This document shows positions 19,864 through 32,700 of a DNA stretch of 64,000 nt, one piece after another. The translations under genes were made by a program, and so were the position numbers. Within the stretch, counting starts at the first letter, position 1; each line of letters starts with the position of its first letter. The notes beneath the pieces are model-generated. The model ran no database searches. It saw only the letters and a list, made by a program, of their open reading frames with translations, and was not told the origin of the DNA. Source of the DNA: an uncultured bacterium (GTDB lineage Bacteria; Auribacterota; Erginobacteria; Erginobacterales; Erginobacteraceae). The stretch spans positions 35,472-99,471 of the forward strand of contig CAWGIE010000003.1 of NCBI GenBank assembly GCA_963822585.1, written 5' to 3'.

Positions 19864-20068
19864 GGCACGTTGCATTTTAATATGCAGATAGGAATAGTAC
19901 GCCTCCATATCATCCGCAATCGAGTATCTTCGCGCAGACCGGTCGGCTGGTGGTACTGATTTCCAATGGCGGACTGAGGCCTGCAAGCTTTCAGTTAGAT
20001 TGTTATGATATGGGGGCTTTTTATATCTGATAAATCAGCTTACTGATTTATGTGAGTGGCAGCATGCC
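19864..20068 (+). ncRNA. Candidate structured RNA (long rod with central bubble), family unassigned
   Basis: Nested helices such as 19901-19913/20005-20017, with several G-U pairs that work only on the + strand. Confidence 0.4.
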
Positions 20069-20106
20069 GACATGATTTAAGATTGATAGCGGCTCTTTTG
20101 AGGAGT

Positions 20107-20180
20107 GCCCTTGTAGCTCAGTTGGTTAGAGCGCGTCCTTGGTAAGGACGAGGTCATCGGTTCGACTCCGATCAAGGGCT
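20107..20180 (+). tRNA. tRNA-Thr(GGT)
   Basis: GCCCTTG/CAAGGGC acceptor; CGTCC-TTGGTAA-GGACG. Confidence 0.95.
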
Positions 20181-20345
20181 TTACTTTCTTCCTCCGGAAA
20201 AAAGTAGTCTTAAAAAAAGACGCAGAAAATAATCGAAAGGCGATGAGATCTGTAAGGACATAAAAGCCAACCAGCTAACCGGAGAACGAAGATATAGGGA
20301 AGGACGTTAACGAGAGAATTAAGTTGGATGGCACATATTCAACAC

Positions 20346-20460
20346 TTTTATTTTCCTCCCGTCATCTCCCTTTTTGTGAAATAAATTTTAACCACAATTC
20401 ATAACTTAAATAAAATATAACGGTTATCAAACAAGTTGGAGATGACGGGAGGAAAATAAA

Positions 20461-20461
<1 letters not shown>
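20346..20461 (+). promoter_or_regulatory. 24-bp perfect inverted repeat covering the tuf Shine-Dalgarno sequence
   Basis: TTTTATTTTCCTCCCGTCATCTCC (20346-20369) / GGAGATGACGGGAGGAAAATAAAA (20438-20461); function inferred. Confidence 0.7.
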
Positions 20462-21657
<1,196 letters not shown>

Positions 21658-21755
21658 GTGTAAAGTGTAAGGTGGAAAGTTAAAAGGCATTGCTGAATTC
21701 GCCGTCTTTACACCTTACACTTTCAACTTTACACTCTTGAGCGGAGCGAAAGACA

Positions 21756-21902
21756 ATGCCGCGGGAACATATCATTTTAGCGTGCAGTGAATGCAAGCGG
21801 AGGAATTACACCTTTTTTCATAATAAATCGACAGGGAAACTGTCCCTGAAAAAATATTGCCGGTTTTGCCGCAAGCACACTGAGCATAAACAAACCAAGT
21901 AA
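21756..21902 (+). CDS. rpmG: 50S ribosomal protein L33 (Zn-ribbon form)
   Basis: Hand translation: [18 protein letters not shown]...[17 protein letters not shown]; not in the ORF track. Confidence 0.93.
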   Translation: MPREHIILACSECKRRNYTFFHNKSTGKLSLKKYCRFCRKHTEHKQTK

Positions 21903-21977
21903 GAGGTGCATGGTTCTGTCGGTGTGGATGGCGGGGCACCAAGATATTAGATACAATTTTTACGCAGTAAGAATTGT

Positions 21978-22052
21978 AGGCCAGTAACTCTAATTGGTTA
22001 GAGTGCCGGTCTCCAAAACCGGATGTTGGGGGTTCGAATCCCTCCTGGCCTG
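21978..22052 (+). tRNA. tRNA-Trp(CCA)
   Basis: AGGCCAG/CTGGCCT acceptor; CCGGT-CTCCAAA-ACCGG; usual position before secE. Confidence 0.95.
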
Positions 22053-22118
22053 TATTATTTTCGCTTCGCGAAAATAATAGTACACATAAATTTGCGAGCG
22101 CAGCGAGCTAATTTATAA

Positions 22119-22301
22119 ATGAATAAACTTATTCAGTTTATCAGGGAAGCGCGGATCGAACTGAAGAAGGTTAACTGGCCTACCCGGAAGGAGTTGATCG
22201 ACTCCACCAAGGTGGTACTGCTAACCTCGTTCCTGCTGGCCGCCTTTATCGGGGCGATGGATTTTCTGCTCTCCCAACTGATCAACGCGTTACTGGGCTG
22301 A
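22119..22301 (+). CDS. secE: Preprotein translocase SecE
   Basis: ELKKVNWP plus one TM helix. Confidence 0.95.
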   Translation: MNKLIQFIREARIELKKVNWPTRKELIDSTKVVLLTSFLLAAFIGAMDFLLSQLINALLG

Positions 22302-22304
22302 ATC

Positions 22305-22835
22305 ATGACACATCAATGGTATGTTATTCATACTCTTTCCGGGCAGGAACAGAAGGTCAAAGAAAACCTGGAACGCAGGATCATCCTGAACAACCTGGAA
22401 GATAAGATTTCGCAGGTGATGATTCCCTACGAGAAGGTCTCCGAAGTAAAGGGCGGCAAGAAGATTATCAGCCAGCGCAAGTTCTGGCCCGGTTACGTTT
22501 TCGTGAAAATGGAATACATGGATAAGACCTTCTATATGATAAATGAAACCCCCGGAGTGATCGGATTTATCGGGACGCGCATGCCGCCGCAACCGGTCGC
22601 GGAAAGCGAGATCACCGCCGTGATGACTCAGATAGAAGAGAAGAAGGAGAAAGTAAAACCGAAGGTCCTTTTCGCAGTAGACGAAGTCGTGAAAGTCACT
22701 GACGGCCCCTTCGCCAGTATGACCGGTCTGGTGGAAAACGTCGATCCCGACAAGGGGAAAATGACGGTCAGGGTCTCTATCTTCGGGAGAGAAACCCCCG
22801 TTGAATTGGAGTACTGGCAGGTGGAGAAGAGCTGA
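22305..22835 (+). CDS. nusG: Transcription factor NusG
   Basis: [29 protein letters not shown]. Confidence 0.97.
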   Translation: MTHQWYVIHTLSGQEQKVKENLERRIILNNLEDKISQVMIPYEKVSEVKGGKKIISQRKFWPGYVFVKMEYMDKTFYMINETPGVIGFIGTRMPPQPVAESEITAVMTQIEEKKEKVKPKVLFAVDEVVKVTDGPFASMTGLVENVDPDKGKMTVRVSIFGRETPVELEYWQVEKS

Positions 22836-23260
22836 TGGCAAAACCAGTAACGGCCACAATCAAACTTCAGATTCCCGCCGGACAGGCCAATCCGGCCCCG
22901 CCGGTGGGACCGGCTCTGGGCGCTCACGGCGTCAACATTATGGAGTTCTGTAATGCCTTCAATACGGCAACCAAGGAAAAGGTCGGATTTATTATTCCCG
23001 TCGTGATCACCGTCTTCAACGATCGCACCTTCACCTTTATAACAAAAACACCGCCGGCCGCCAACCTCTTGAAACGCGCCGCCGGAGTTGCGGTAGCATC
23101 AGGTTCCCCCAACCGGGAAAAGGTGGGGACGGTGACCAAGGAGCAGGTCAGAGAAATCGCTCGTCAAAAGATGGCCGACCTGAATACGGACTCCGAAGAC
23201 GCCGCGGAGCGGATAATCCGCGGCACGGCCCGGAGCATGGGGATAGACGTCATTGATTGA
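22835..23260 (+). CDS. rplK: 50S ribosomal protein L11
   Basis: [21 protein letters not shown]. Confidence 0.98.
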   Translation: MAKPVTATIKLQIPAGQANPAPPVGPALGAHGVNIMEFCNAFNTATKEKVGFIIPVVITVFNDRTFTFITKTPPAANLLKRAAGVAVASGSPNREKVGTVTKEQVREIARQKMADLNTDSEDAAERIIRGTARSMGIDVID

Positions 23261-23471
23261 CGGTAAGACCCGAGGTCATTTAATCAGGAAGTAAACTGAC
23301 GAGGATATGGATAGCAACAGGGAGTGATGGAGTACTGGAGTGATGGGGTAAAGAATAGTCGGACTTCAATACTCCAGCACTCCATTATTCCAGTACTCCG
23401 GAACACTCAGCCCGACCCCGATAAATCGAGGTAGATTATTGATGGGCCGTGTCGCATGGAGCAATATACCT

Positions 23472-24182
23472 ATGGGTAAAGAAGGGAAAAAATACAGAAA
23501 CGCCCGGAAGCGTGTCGATCCGGCGCGACTTTATACGCCGGAAGAAGCCGTCCAACTGTTAAAAGAGCTGGTCTTCGCCCGTTTTGATGAGACGGTCGAA
23601 TTTGTCGTCTCCCTCGGGATTGACCCCAAGCGTTCCGATCAGATGATACGCGGGACGGTCTCGCTTCCCCACGGCACCGGCAAAAAAATCCGGGTGCTGG
23701 CTTTCTGTCGGCCGGAACAGAGCGCCGAGGCACTGAGCGCCGGGGCCGATTATGCCGGCGGAAGCGATCTGGCGGAGAAAATAAAGGGGGGGTGGCTGGA
23801 TTTCGACGTTGCCGTGGCGGATAAATCGATGATGAGAGAAATCAGCCCGCTGGGGAAAATCCTGGGTCCCCGGGGATTGATGCCCAGCCCGAAAGCGGGG
23901 ACGGTAACCGACGATATTCCCCGGGCCGTCCGCGAACTCAAGGCCGGTAAGATAGAGTTCAAGGCCAACAAATACGGCGATATCCAGGTGGCGGTGGGGA
24001 AGATTTCTTTCTCTCCCGAAAAGCTAATAGAGAATATAAATTGCCTGGTTCAGGAGATCAACCGCTTACGACCGTCCGCCGCCAAGGGAAAGTATATTAA
24101 AAAAGCCACTGTTTCCGCTACGATGAGTCCGGCGCTGCCTCTGGATACTACCCTGTTGAACCTGGCGGCTGCGCCCGCATAA
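23472..24182 (+). CDS. rplA: 50S ribosomal protein L1
   Basis: FDETVE, RGTVSLPHGTGK, LGPRGLMPSPK. Confidence 0.97.
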   Translation: MGKEGKKYRNARKRVDPARLYTPEEAVQLLKELVFARFDETVEFVVSLGIDPKRSDQMIRGTVSLPHGTGKKIRVLAFCRPEQSAEALSAGADYAGGSDLAEKIKGGWLDFDVAVADKSMMREISPLGKILGPRGLMPSPKAGTVTDDIPRAVRELKAGKIEFKANKYGDIQVAVGKISFSPEKLIENINCLVQEINRLRPSAAKGKYIKKATVSATMSPALPLDTTLLNLAAAPA

Positions 24183-24230
24183 TTTATTTTTCATATTTTA
24201 AAAAGTAAGCCGGAGGCGATATATTTTTAC

Positions 24231-24746
24231 ATGAGACCGGAAAAGGAATTAATAAAGCATGAGTATGCCGCTCGCATAAGCCGGACCAGCGGTGTTGTAG
24301 TGACCGAATTCCAAGGCCTGTCATCGGGAGCTTTTAACCGGCTTCGCAATGATATCCGCCTGCTCGATGCCGATTGCGTGGTGGTAAAAAACCGTATATT
24401 CAAACGCTACCTGGCGGATGTCGGTTTGGAATCTCTCACTCCCTGTCTCCATGGCCAAACGGCGATTGTCGTTACCGAGGGAGAACTGCCCCCTCTCCTG
24501 AAGGTAATCATAAAGTATGAGGAGGATGAGGGCGCTCCGCGCCTCAAAGGCGCTTTCTGGATGGAAACGTTTTTCGCCGGCGGTGATCTGAAAAAACTGG
24601 CGATGTTGCCGTCCCGGGAAGATCTTCTTTCCCTGGTTATTTCCGGGATCCAGGCGCCCCTGAGCAGACTGGTCGGGGTGCTGAATGGAACCGTTTCCGG
24701 ACTGGTGAGGACAATCCAGGCAATACGTGACCAGCGATCCGCGTAG
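24231..24746 (+). CDS. rplJ: 50S ribosomal protein L10
   Basis: VVKNR, LPSREDLL; position between rplA and rplL. Confidence 0.92.
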   Translation: MRPEKELIKHEYAARISRTSGVVVTEFQGLSSGAFNRLRNDIRLLDADCVVVKNRIFKRYLADVGLESLTPCLHGQTAIVVTEGELPPLLKVIIKYEEDEGAPRLKGAFWMETFFAGGDLKKLAMLPSREDLLSLVISGIQAPLSRLVGVLNGTVSGLVRTIQAIRDQRSA

Positions 24747-24823
24747 CAATACCGATAATTTAACTGCGTCTTGGTTCAAAACTGAATTAGCGCCGCAGGC
24801 GCTAATTTATAAAGGAGGAAAAA

Positions 24824-25294
24824 ATGGCAGAAGAAGTCAAGGAACAAGCTATCCAGGAAAATCAGGAAGCGGCTGAGGATCCGGTCGTTCCCGAGAAAAA
24901 AGCCGCGGGCACCGACTCCCCCAAACTGCAAAAGATAATTGACGAGGTATCGGCTCTTACCGTGCTCGAGCTCTCCGATCTGGTCAAGGCATTGGAGGAG
25001 ACTTTCGGTGTTACCGCCGCCGCGCCGGTCGCCTTCGCTGCCGGTGCCGGTCAGGCGGCGTCCGCCCCCGCCCCGGAAGAAAAGACCGTCTTTACCGTAA
25101 TGCTGACTGCGATCGGGGCCAAGAAGATTCAAGTGATCAAGGAAGTAAGAGCGGTCACCGATCTCGGACTGAAGGAGGCCAAGGACCTGGTAGAATCCGC
25201 CCCGAGCGCCGTGAAGGAGAATATCAACAAAGAAGAAGCCGAAGCGATCAAAGAAAAGTTGGAAAGTGCGGGCGCTACCGCTGAGTTGAAATAA
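24824..25294 (+). CDS. rplL: 50S ribosomal protein L7/L12 with acidic N-terminal extension
   Basis: [33 protein letters not shown]. Confidence 0.97.
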   Translation: MAEEVKEQAIQENQEAAEDPVVPEKKAAGTDSPKLQKIIDEVSALTVLELSDLVKALEETFGVTAAAPVAFAAGAGQAASAPAPEEKTVFTVMLTAIGAKKIQVIKEVRAVTDLGLKEAKDLVESAPSAVKENINKEEAEAIKEKLESAGATAELK

Positions 25295-25813
25295 ACTCGA
25301 ACCACTTCCCCGGCTTAGAGCCGCCGGGTGAGAATCAGGCAGTGATTTCGCAATGAACGGAAACAGGTGCTGAAAAAAACAATTCAGACTGCAGGATGGA
25401 CTTATATGCGGTTGATCTGGGTACCGATGGCGACCCGGAGCTGATGCCGGAAAGGGCGAGCGAATCCGCTGGGCCAGTTCCGGCAATTGCCTGTTAACCC
25501 GGTTTATACCCGGCCTTCGCCGGTCGGGTATAAATCGGGTTAGTCGCAAACAATGTTGAGGATTCAAAGAACAGCCCCGTAAAATGTTTTGCTCTCATCT
25601 GCCTGCCCGGCAAGGAATTATAGACAGAGGATTGGTTCTGCCGGTAACGTTAGCAAAAAAGACGAGGTGTTGACCCTCCGGGGAAGAAAAAACAGTATGG
25701 TGTAATCGCATTAACAAGTTTACTAGATCGTAACATGTTGAACGAAAATTAGTAATTTGAATTATATCGGAACATTGAAAATGTTCCGATATAATTCAAA
25801 TTAAGGAGCAAGT

Positions 25814-28800
25814 ATGAACCCAATCTCCAATTTAAAAAAGAATGTTCGCAATAGTTTTTCCCGGCTGTCCGACCCCGTCCCCATGCCGGATTTTTTGGAG
25901 ATACAGCACAAATCCTACGAAGAATTTTTACAGGAAGATGTCCCCTCGGCACAACGTCAGTCGGAAGGGCTGCAGAAAGTTATGGAAGAGGTCTTCCCGA
26001 TTTACAGCTATGACGGCAATACCTGTCTTGAGTTCGTCAGCTACAGTCTGGGGACGCCCAAGTACGGACTGGATGAATGCCAGAACCGGGGGCTGACATA
26101 CGCCGCCCCGCTCCGGTTGGTTCTGCGACTGAAACGCAATGATTGGGTCAAGGAAGAGACGGTCTTTGTCGGGAATCTGCCCCGGATGACTCCCCAGGGG
26201 TCTTTTATCATTAACGGCGCCGAGCGTGTCATTGTCAGCCAGCTTCACCGGACGCCGGGGATTTGTTTTGAGCAGATAAAACGGTCCGGCAGCATTCGTC
26301 TCTTCATGTTCCGGATTATTCCCAACCGCGGCTCCTGGCTGGAGGCGGAGTTCAATCGGAAAGGACAGATTCACTTTTATCTGGACAAGAAGCGCACCCG
26401 CCGCAAGCTTCTTGCCACCACGCTCCTCCGGGCACTTGGCTATGGAACCGACAAAGCAATTATCAAACTTTTCACCGACGTGGAGGAAGTTGTGCTCGGT
26501 ACGACGGCACAGATAAAGAATCTGGCGGGCCGTTTCCTGAGTTCGCCGGTGGTCGACCAGCAGGACACTATATTGATCAAGGCTTATACCAGGATTGATG
26601 AGGAAACGATAGATATTCTCAAGAAAGCCAAGATCAAACAAGTTGAGGTATTCAAGCCGAATCCCTGTGTCGAGTACCTGGTCAACATGTTGCGGATCGA
26701 TCCCACCAAGAGTAAAAAAGAGGCCGAGAAATACATATATAAAAAGCTTCGCCCCGGTGATCCCCCTACGGAAGCAAAAGCCAGCAGCCTGATCGAGAGG
26801 AGGTTTTTCGATCGTCGCCGGTTCGATCTCGGTGCCGTGGGCAGGTTCAAGATCAATCAAAAGTTCGGGTTGCCGACGAACCGGGATGAATTAAAGAAAG
26901 CCACACTGCGCAAGAAGGATATCGCATTGGCACTAAAGTATTTAATGCATCTTAATACCGGCGAGCCTGATGCGGTGGAAGACGATATCGATCATCTGGG
27001 AATGCGGCGGATCGCGATGGTCGGCGAGCTTCTTCAGGAGCAGTGCCGGATCGCTCTCTCCCGTCTGGAACGCATGGTCAAGGACAAGATGGGCGTGTAC
27101 GAGGTCAGTTCCGACAACCTGACCCCTCACAAGCTCATCAATCCGAAGGCCTTGAACGGCGTATTCCGGGACTTCTTCGGCCGTTCTCAGCTCTCTCAAT
27201 TCATGGACCAGACCAACCCGCTGGCCGAACTGGCCCATAAGCGCCGGCTGACCGCGCTCGGCCCGGGCGGACTTTCCCGGAAGCGGGCCGGTTTCGATGT
27301 TCGCGACGTCCAGCCCAGCCATTACGGGCGGATCTGCCCGATCGAGTCGCCGGAAGGGCCGAATATCGGATTGATCGCGTCATTGAGCACCTATGCCCGC
27401 GTCAATGAACTGGGCTTCATCACGACGCCCTACCGGAAGGTAGAGAATGGAAAAATAACCAACCGGGTAAAACGCCTGACCGCCGATGAAGAAGAACAAT
27501 ACGTTATCGCCCAGGCCAATGTCCGCGTGGACAATCATGGCCGGCTGATGGACGATTTGGTCAAGGTGAGAAAGGGAGGGGATACGATGATGGCCTCTCC
27601 CAAGACCGTCGAATTCGTCGATGTTTCCCCTAAGCAGCTGGTAAGCGTTGCCGCGGGCTTGATCCCTTTTCTCGAACATGACGACGCGAACCGCGCCTTG
27701 ATGGGTTCCAACATGCAGCGTCAGGCGGTTCCCCTTTTGACCACGGAGGCTCCACTGGTGGCCACCGGTCTGGAAAAAAAGGTCGCCCGGGACAGCCGGG
27801 TTAATCTCGCCGCCGAAGAAGACGGCGTGGTGAAGAAAGTCGACGCGGCCAGCATCACCATCGATAAGCACGTCTATCAGCTCAAGAAATTCGCCCGCTC
27901 CAACGCGGGTACCTGCAATAATCAGCGTCCCTTGGTCGCGGTTGGTCAGAAGATCAAGAAAGGACAGCTCATCGCCGACGGCGCCGCCTCCTCCGGGGGC
28001 GAACTGGCTTTGGGTAAGAATGTCCTGATCGCTTTCATGCCCTGGCGGGGATATAATTTTGAAGACGCCATCGTCATCAGCGAGCGGCTGGTAAAGGAGG
28101 ACGCTTACACGTCCATTCATATCGAAAAATACGAGATCGGCGCCCGCGACACCAAACTGGGGCGGGAAGAAATAACCAGGGATATTCCCGGTGTCGGCGA
28201 TGAGGCGCTGATGAACCTGGATGCCGAGGGAGTCATCCGGATCGGGGCCGAGGTGAGGCCCAAAGATATTCTGGTGGGGAAAATAACTCCCAAGAGCGAG
28301 ACGGAACTTCTTCCCGAGGAGCGGCTCCTCCGGGCGATTTTCGGGGAAAAAGCCGCCGATGTCAAAGATACCTCCTTGCGAGCGGCTTCCGGTGTTGAAG
28401 GGATCGTGATGGACGTGCGCGTCTTCTCCCGGAAAGACTCATCCGACGAATCCGACGAGAAAAAGGAAGAAAAGTCACAGGTCAGGGAGATTAACCGCCG
28501 GCATAAACAGGAGATACAGAAGATCAAGGCCAAGCGGCAGGAGAAGGTCAGGAATCTTCTTCACAAGAAAAAAATAGACGGCGCGATCATCGCCGAAGAT
28601 ACCGGGCTCGTGATCATTCCCAATAATCAGAAGATTACCCTGAGCATGCTCCAGAAGCTGGAGGAACACGATTTCCAGGATGTTGAGATTGAGGGGGACG
28701 ACCACCTGATCAAGCAGCTGAAGAAGCTCATCATGGAGAGCGAGGACAAGTTGGATGAACTTGACATGAACAGGAACCAGGAACTGGAACAGGTCCGGGG

Positions 28801-29572
28801 AGGAGATGAGCTGGAGCCGGGCGTGATCAAGAAGGTTCAGGTTTATATCGCCACCAAGAGAAAGCTGTCGGTCGGGGACAAGATGGCCGGACGTCACGGG
28901 AACAAGGGAGTGATCGCCAAGATACTTCCGGAGGAGGACATGCCTTTCTTGGCTGACGGTACGCCGGTAGACATTGTCCTTAATCCTCTGGGTGTTCCTT
29001 CCCGGATGAACGTCGGCCAGGTTCTGGAAACTCATCTGGGCTGGGCCGCCCATATACTCGGTCTGACTTTTGCCACACCCGTCTTCGACGGCGTCAAAGA
29101 GCATGAGATCGTGGAGCTGTTGAAAAAAGCCGGTCTCCCGGAGAGCGGGAAGACCATTCTCCATGATGGCCGAACCGGAGAGCCGTTCGGGGCGCCGATA
29201 GTGGTCGGCTATATTTACATGATGAAACTTCATCACCTGGTGGCCGCCAAGATCCATGCCCGGGCGATCGGGCCATACTCGCTGGTGACCCAGCAGCCTC
29301 TCGGAGGAAAAGCCCAGTTCGGCGGCCAGCGTTTCGGTGAGATGGAAGTCTGGGCTCTTGAGGCATACGGGGCCGCCTACGCCCTCCAGGAGATGCTCAC
29401 GGTGAAGAGTGACGATATCATGGGACGGACCAGGATCTACGAGTCGATTGTCAAGGGAAGCAATACCCTGGAAGCGGGTACACCCGAGTCCTTCAATGTC
29501 CTGATCAAGGAACTGCGAAGCCTGGCCCTGGATGTTCGGACCGAGAAATCGGCGCCGGTCCTGGCCGAGTGA
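25814..29572 (+). CDS. rpoB: RNA polymerase beta subunit
   Basis: [33 protein letters not shown]. Confidence 0.99.
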   Translation: MNPISNLKKNVRNSFSRLSDPVPMPDFLEIQHKSYEEFLQEDVPSAQRQSEGLQKVMEEVFPIYSYDGNTCLEFVSYSLGTPKYGLDECQNRGLTYAAPLRLVLRLKRNDWVKEETVFVGNLPRMTPQGSFIINGAERVIVSQLHRTPGICFEQIKRSGSIRLFMFRIIPNRGSWLEAEFNRKGQIHFYLDKKRTRRKLLATTLLRALGYGTDKAIIKLFTDVEEVVLGTTAQIKNLAGRFLSSPVVDQQDTILIKAYTRIDEETIDILKKAKIKQVEVFKPNPCVEYLVNMLRIDPTKSKKEAEKYIYKKLRPGDPPTEAKASSLIERRFFDRRRFDLGAVGRFKINQKFGLPTNRDELKKATLRKKDIALALKYLMHLNTGEPDAVEDDIDHLGMRRIAMVGELLQEQCRIALSRLERMVKDKMGVYEVSSDNLTPHKLINPKALNGVFRDFFGRSQLSQFMDQTNPLAELAHKRRLTALGPGGLSRKRAGFDVRDVQPSHYGRICPIESPEGPNIGLIASLSTYARVNELGFITTPYRKVENGKITNRVKRLTADEEEQYVIAQANVRVDNHGRLMDDLVKVRKGGDTMMASPKTVEFVDVSPKQLVSVAAGLIPFLEHDDANRALMGSNMQRQAVPLLTTEAPLVATGLEKKVARDSRVNLAAEEDGVVKKVDAASITIDKHVYQLKKFARSNAGTCNNQRPLVAVGQKIKKGQLIADGAASSGGELALGKNVLIAFMPWRGYNFEDAIVISERLVKEDAYTSIHIEKYEIGARDTKLGREEITRDIPGVGDEALMNLDAEGVIRIGAEVRPKDILVGKITPKSETELLPEERLLRAIFGEKAADVKDTSLRAASGVEGIVMDVRVFSRKDSSDESDEKKEEKSQVREINRRHKQEIQKIKAKRQEKVRNLLHKKKIDGAIIAEDTGLVIIPNNQKITLSMLQKLEEHDFQDVEIEGDDHLIKQLKKLIMESEDKLDELDMNRNQELEQVRGGDELEPGVIKKVQVYIATKRKLSVGDKMAGRHGNKGVIAKILPEEDMPFLADGTPVDIVLNPLGVPSRMNVGQVLETHLGWAAHILGLTFATPVFDGVKEHEIVELLKKAGLPESGKTILHDGRTGEPFGAPIVVGYIYMMKLHHLVAAKIHARAIGPYSLVTQQPLGGKAQFGGQRFGEMEVWALEAYGAAYALQEMLTVKSDDIMGRTRIYESIVKGSNTLEAGTPESFNVLIKELRSLALDVRTEKSAPVLAE

Positions 29573-29787
29573 GTGATAAGGAAATATTGTTTTTTACTAA
29601 AAAGATAGTTCGGTAATTGTGAATGTCAATCAAGAGAGACATGGGGTAATGGGGTAATGGAGTGTTGGAGTAATGGATGAACGGGGGCCTGAGGGCCGGG
29701 CTCCCAACACTCCAATACTCCACCACTCCACTACTCCATTATTCCGATTGCCCGAAGCGAGGGCTAATTTATAGGGGTTATTATCAT

Positions 29788-32700
29788 ATGGATGCCAAGG
29801 CAGTACATTTATTTGGGATCGAGAGTGAAAACATCTTCGATCAGGTCAGCATCAGAATTGCTTCTCCGGAAGCAATCCGCTCCTGGTCGTACGGGGAAGT
29901 CAAGACGCCCGAAACGATCAACTATCGGACTTTCAAACCCGAAAAAGACGGTCTTTTCTGCGAGAAGATCTTTGGTCCGACCAAGGATTGGGAATGCGCC
30001 TGCGGGAAATATAAGCGGATCAAGCACAAAGGCGTGGTTTGCGACCGATGCGGGGTAGAGGTCACACTCTCCAGCGTCCGGAGAGAGCGGATGGGGGTCA
30101 TCGAGCTTGCCGTCCCTGTTTCCCACATCTGGTTTCTCAAAAGCGCGCCCAGCCGGATCGGAAACGTACTCGGTCTCTCGACCCGTGTGCTGGAAAGCGT
30201 GATCTATTATGAGAACTATATCATTGTCAACCCCGGGAAGATGAATGTGCGTGACAAGTATGATTATGTCAAAACCGGAGTAAAGTGCAGCACGCTGAAT
30301 GGGGGAACCTGCGCCAAACAGCTACTGACCGAGGAAGAATATCACACCCACGTGGGCAGGTGTGATGATGAGTTTGAGGCCATGATTGGGGCGGAAGCGG
30401 TGAAGAACCTGCTGAATTGCGGCAAGGAGATCATCCGGGATATACCACCGGATGACGGCGAGAAAGAAGCCCTGGCCGCCCAGATAGAACGTGATTATAA
30501 GAAAAATGTGAAAGTAAGCGGTGTTTTCAAGCCCGAAGAATTGGATAACCTCTTCGGGGAGGGAACGAAAGAGTATCTGGCGGGACTTAGCTGGGGCGCC
30601 CCCGTGGAAGACATCACCCCGGAAGGGATCTATCAGCAGACAACCGGAGACAAGGAGCTCGCTCGAGCAACGACCGAATACGCCGCCGTCTACCAGAACT
30701 ATGAAAAAATGCCCTCCAAGGGGCTGGAAGCGGCCAAAAAAGAATTGGAGGCACAGAAAGCGGAGTATTTCAATGTCTATGTGTCGGTTCTGGCAAAACA
30801 TATGATTAAGGCCCTGGAGAAGCTGAAAATTCCCGTCGGGGAAGATCTGCCCCGGCTGGCCTCGCTCCTTCACCGGCAGCTTCAGCAGACCAGATCAAAG
30901 CAGATGAAGAAGAAGCTGGCCAAGCGTCTGCGGATCGTGAACAACTTTCTTACCTCCGAGACCCGGCCGGAGTGGATGATCCTGAACGCCATCCCGGTTA
31001 TTCCGCCCGATCTCCGGCCGCTGGTCCCGCTTGAAGGCGGACGCTTCGCCACCTCGGATCTTAATGATCTGTATCGACGGGTCATCAACCGGAATAACCG
31101 GCTGAAGAGTATCCTCCAGCTGAAGACCCCGGATGTTATCGTTCGCAATGAGAAGAGAATGCTCCAGGAAGCGGTTGACGCCCTCTTTGACAACGGCCGC
31201 CAGGGACGGGCGGTACTGGGTGCCGGCAACCGGCCGCTGAAATCCCTCAGCGACAATTTGAAAGGCAAACAGGGCCGCTTCCGTCAGAACCTGCTCGGCA
31301 AACGGGTTGATTACTCCGGCCGCTCGGTCATCGTCATCGGACCCGAGCTCAAACTGAATCAGTGCGGGCTTCCCAAAGAGATGGCCCTGGAACTTTTCGA
31401 ACCCTTCATCATCCACCGGCTGAAGGAGCTGGGATATGTCCATACGATCCGGTCCGCCAAGAAGATGATCGAAAAACAGGAGAAACAGGTTTGGGACGTA
31501 CTGGATGAAGTCATTCAGGATCACCCCGTTCTTCTCAATCGGGCGCCCACGCTTCACCGGCTGGGGATTCAGGCGTTTGATCCCATCCTGGTGGAGGGGA
31601 AAGCGATACGGATTCATCCGTTGGTTTGCACCGCGTTCAATGCCGATTTCGACGGAGATCAGATGGCGGTCCACGTTCCGCTTTCCAACGAGGCTCAGCT
31701 GGAAGCACGACTGTTAATGTACGCTCCGAACAATATTTTTTCACCGGCCAGCGGCGAACCGATTGCCAACCCCACCCAGGATATCGCGCTGGGATGTTAT
31801 TACCTGACCCGCTCGGCCCCCGGAGACAGCGGGGCTTCCAAGCCGTTCGCGGATGAGGATGAGGTCCTGCTCGCCCTGGCGGAGAAGGCGATCACCCTCC
31901 ACCAGCGGATCAAGGTGAGAGGGATCACGGAACAACTGATTGAAAATGATGATAAGGGAGCGCCCCTCTCCTCAGCCGAATGGGTGGACTACACCACCGC
32001 CGGTCGGGTGATCTTCAACCAGATATTCCCGGACCAGATTGACTTCATCAACAAGCAGGTGGGGAAGAAAGATCTGAGTGAGATCGTCTCCAACTGTTAT
32101 TCAATCGTTGGCCATGAAGAGACAGTCCACATTCTCGACCGGATCAAGGATATGGGATTTGAGAGCGCGACCTGGTCCGGTCTTTCACTGGGCATGAAGG
32201 ACATGGTCAAACCGAAAGAGAAAGAAGATATTATTAAAAAGGCCAATAAAGAGGTAGCCGCCGGCAATCGGTCTTATGAGGCGGGGAAGATAACCTCTCA
32301 GGAGAATTACAACAAAAAACTGGATATCTGGTCACGGGCTTCCCGTGATCTTTCGACTCTGGTTTTCGAGGAATTGAGAAAAGACGGGGAACCGGGGTTG
32401 AATCCTCTCTACATGATGATGGACTCCGGCGCCCGGGGCAGCATGGATCAGATTCAGCAAATCGCCGGGATGAGGGGTTTGATGGCCAAGCCCTCGGGAG
32501 ACATCATCGAGTACCCCATCGTCGCCAACTTCCGGGAAGGATTGAGCGTCCTCGAATACTTTATTTCCACTCACGGCGCCCGGAAGGGTCTGGCCGACAC
32601 CGCCCTCAAGACGGCGGATTCCGGGTACCTGACCCGCCGTCTGGTCGACGTCGCCCAGGATGTTATCGTCAGCATGGAGGATTGCGGTACTTTCAAGGGA

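Noticed and set aside
19389..19880. ORFs with PPEADAPPAQN / AHPPLAE repeats
   Set aside because: Translations of the tRNA-linked repeats overlapping tRNA-Gly; no RBS or coding signal.
24183..24230. L10 leader RNA
   Set aside because: The rplA-rplJ gap is only 48 nt and shows no such structure.
25295..25750. Gene or known ncRNA in the long rplL-rpoB gap
   Set aside because: Only local hairpins (e.g. 25495-25542); no credible ORF or recognisable RNA family.
29677..29787. N-terminal extensions of RpoC (and ArsC 5909-6001, FusA 35527-35631, RpsC 43080-43265, CdaR 12668-13021)
   Set aside because: They run through repeat elements, intergenic DNA or upstream genes; downstream starts match family N-termini.
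30415..30843. Intein in RpoC
   Set aside because: A Cys lies near the start, but there is no terminal His-Asn plus Cys/Ser/Thr and no recognisable intein blocks.
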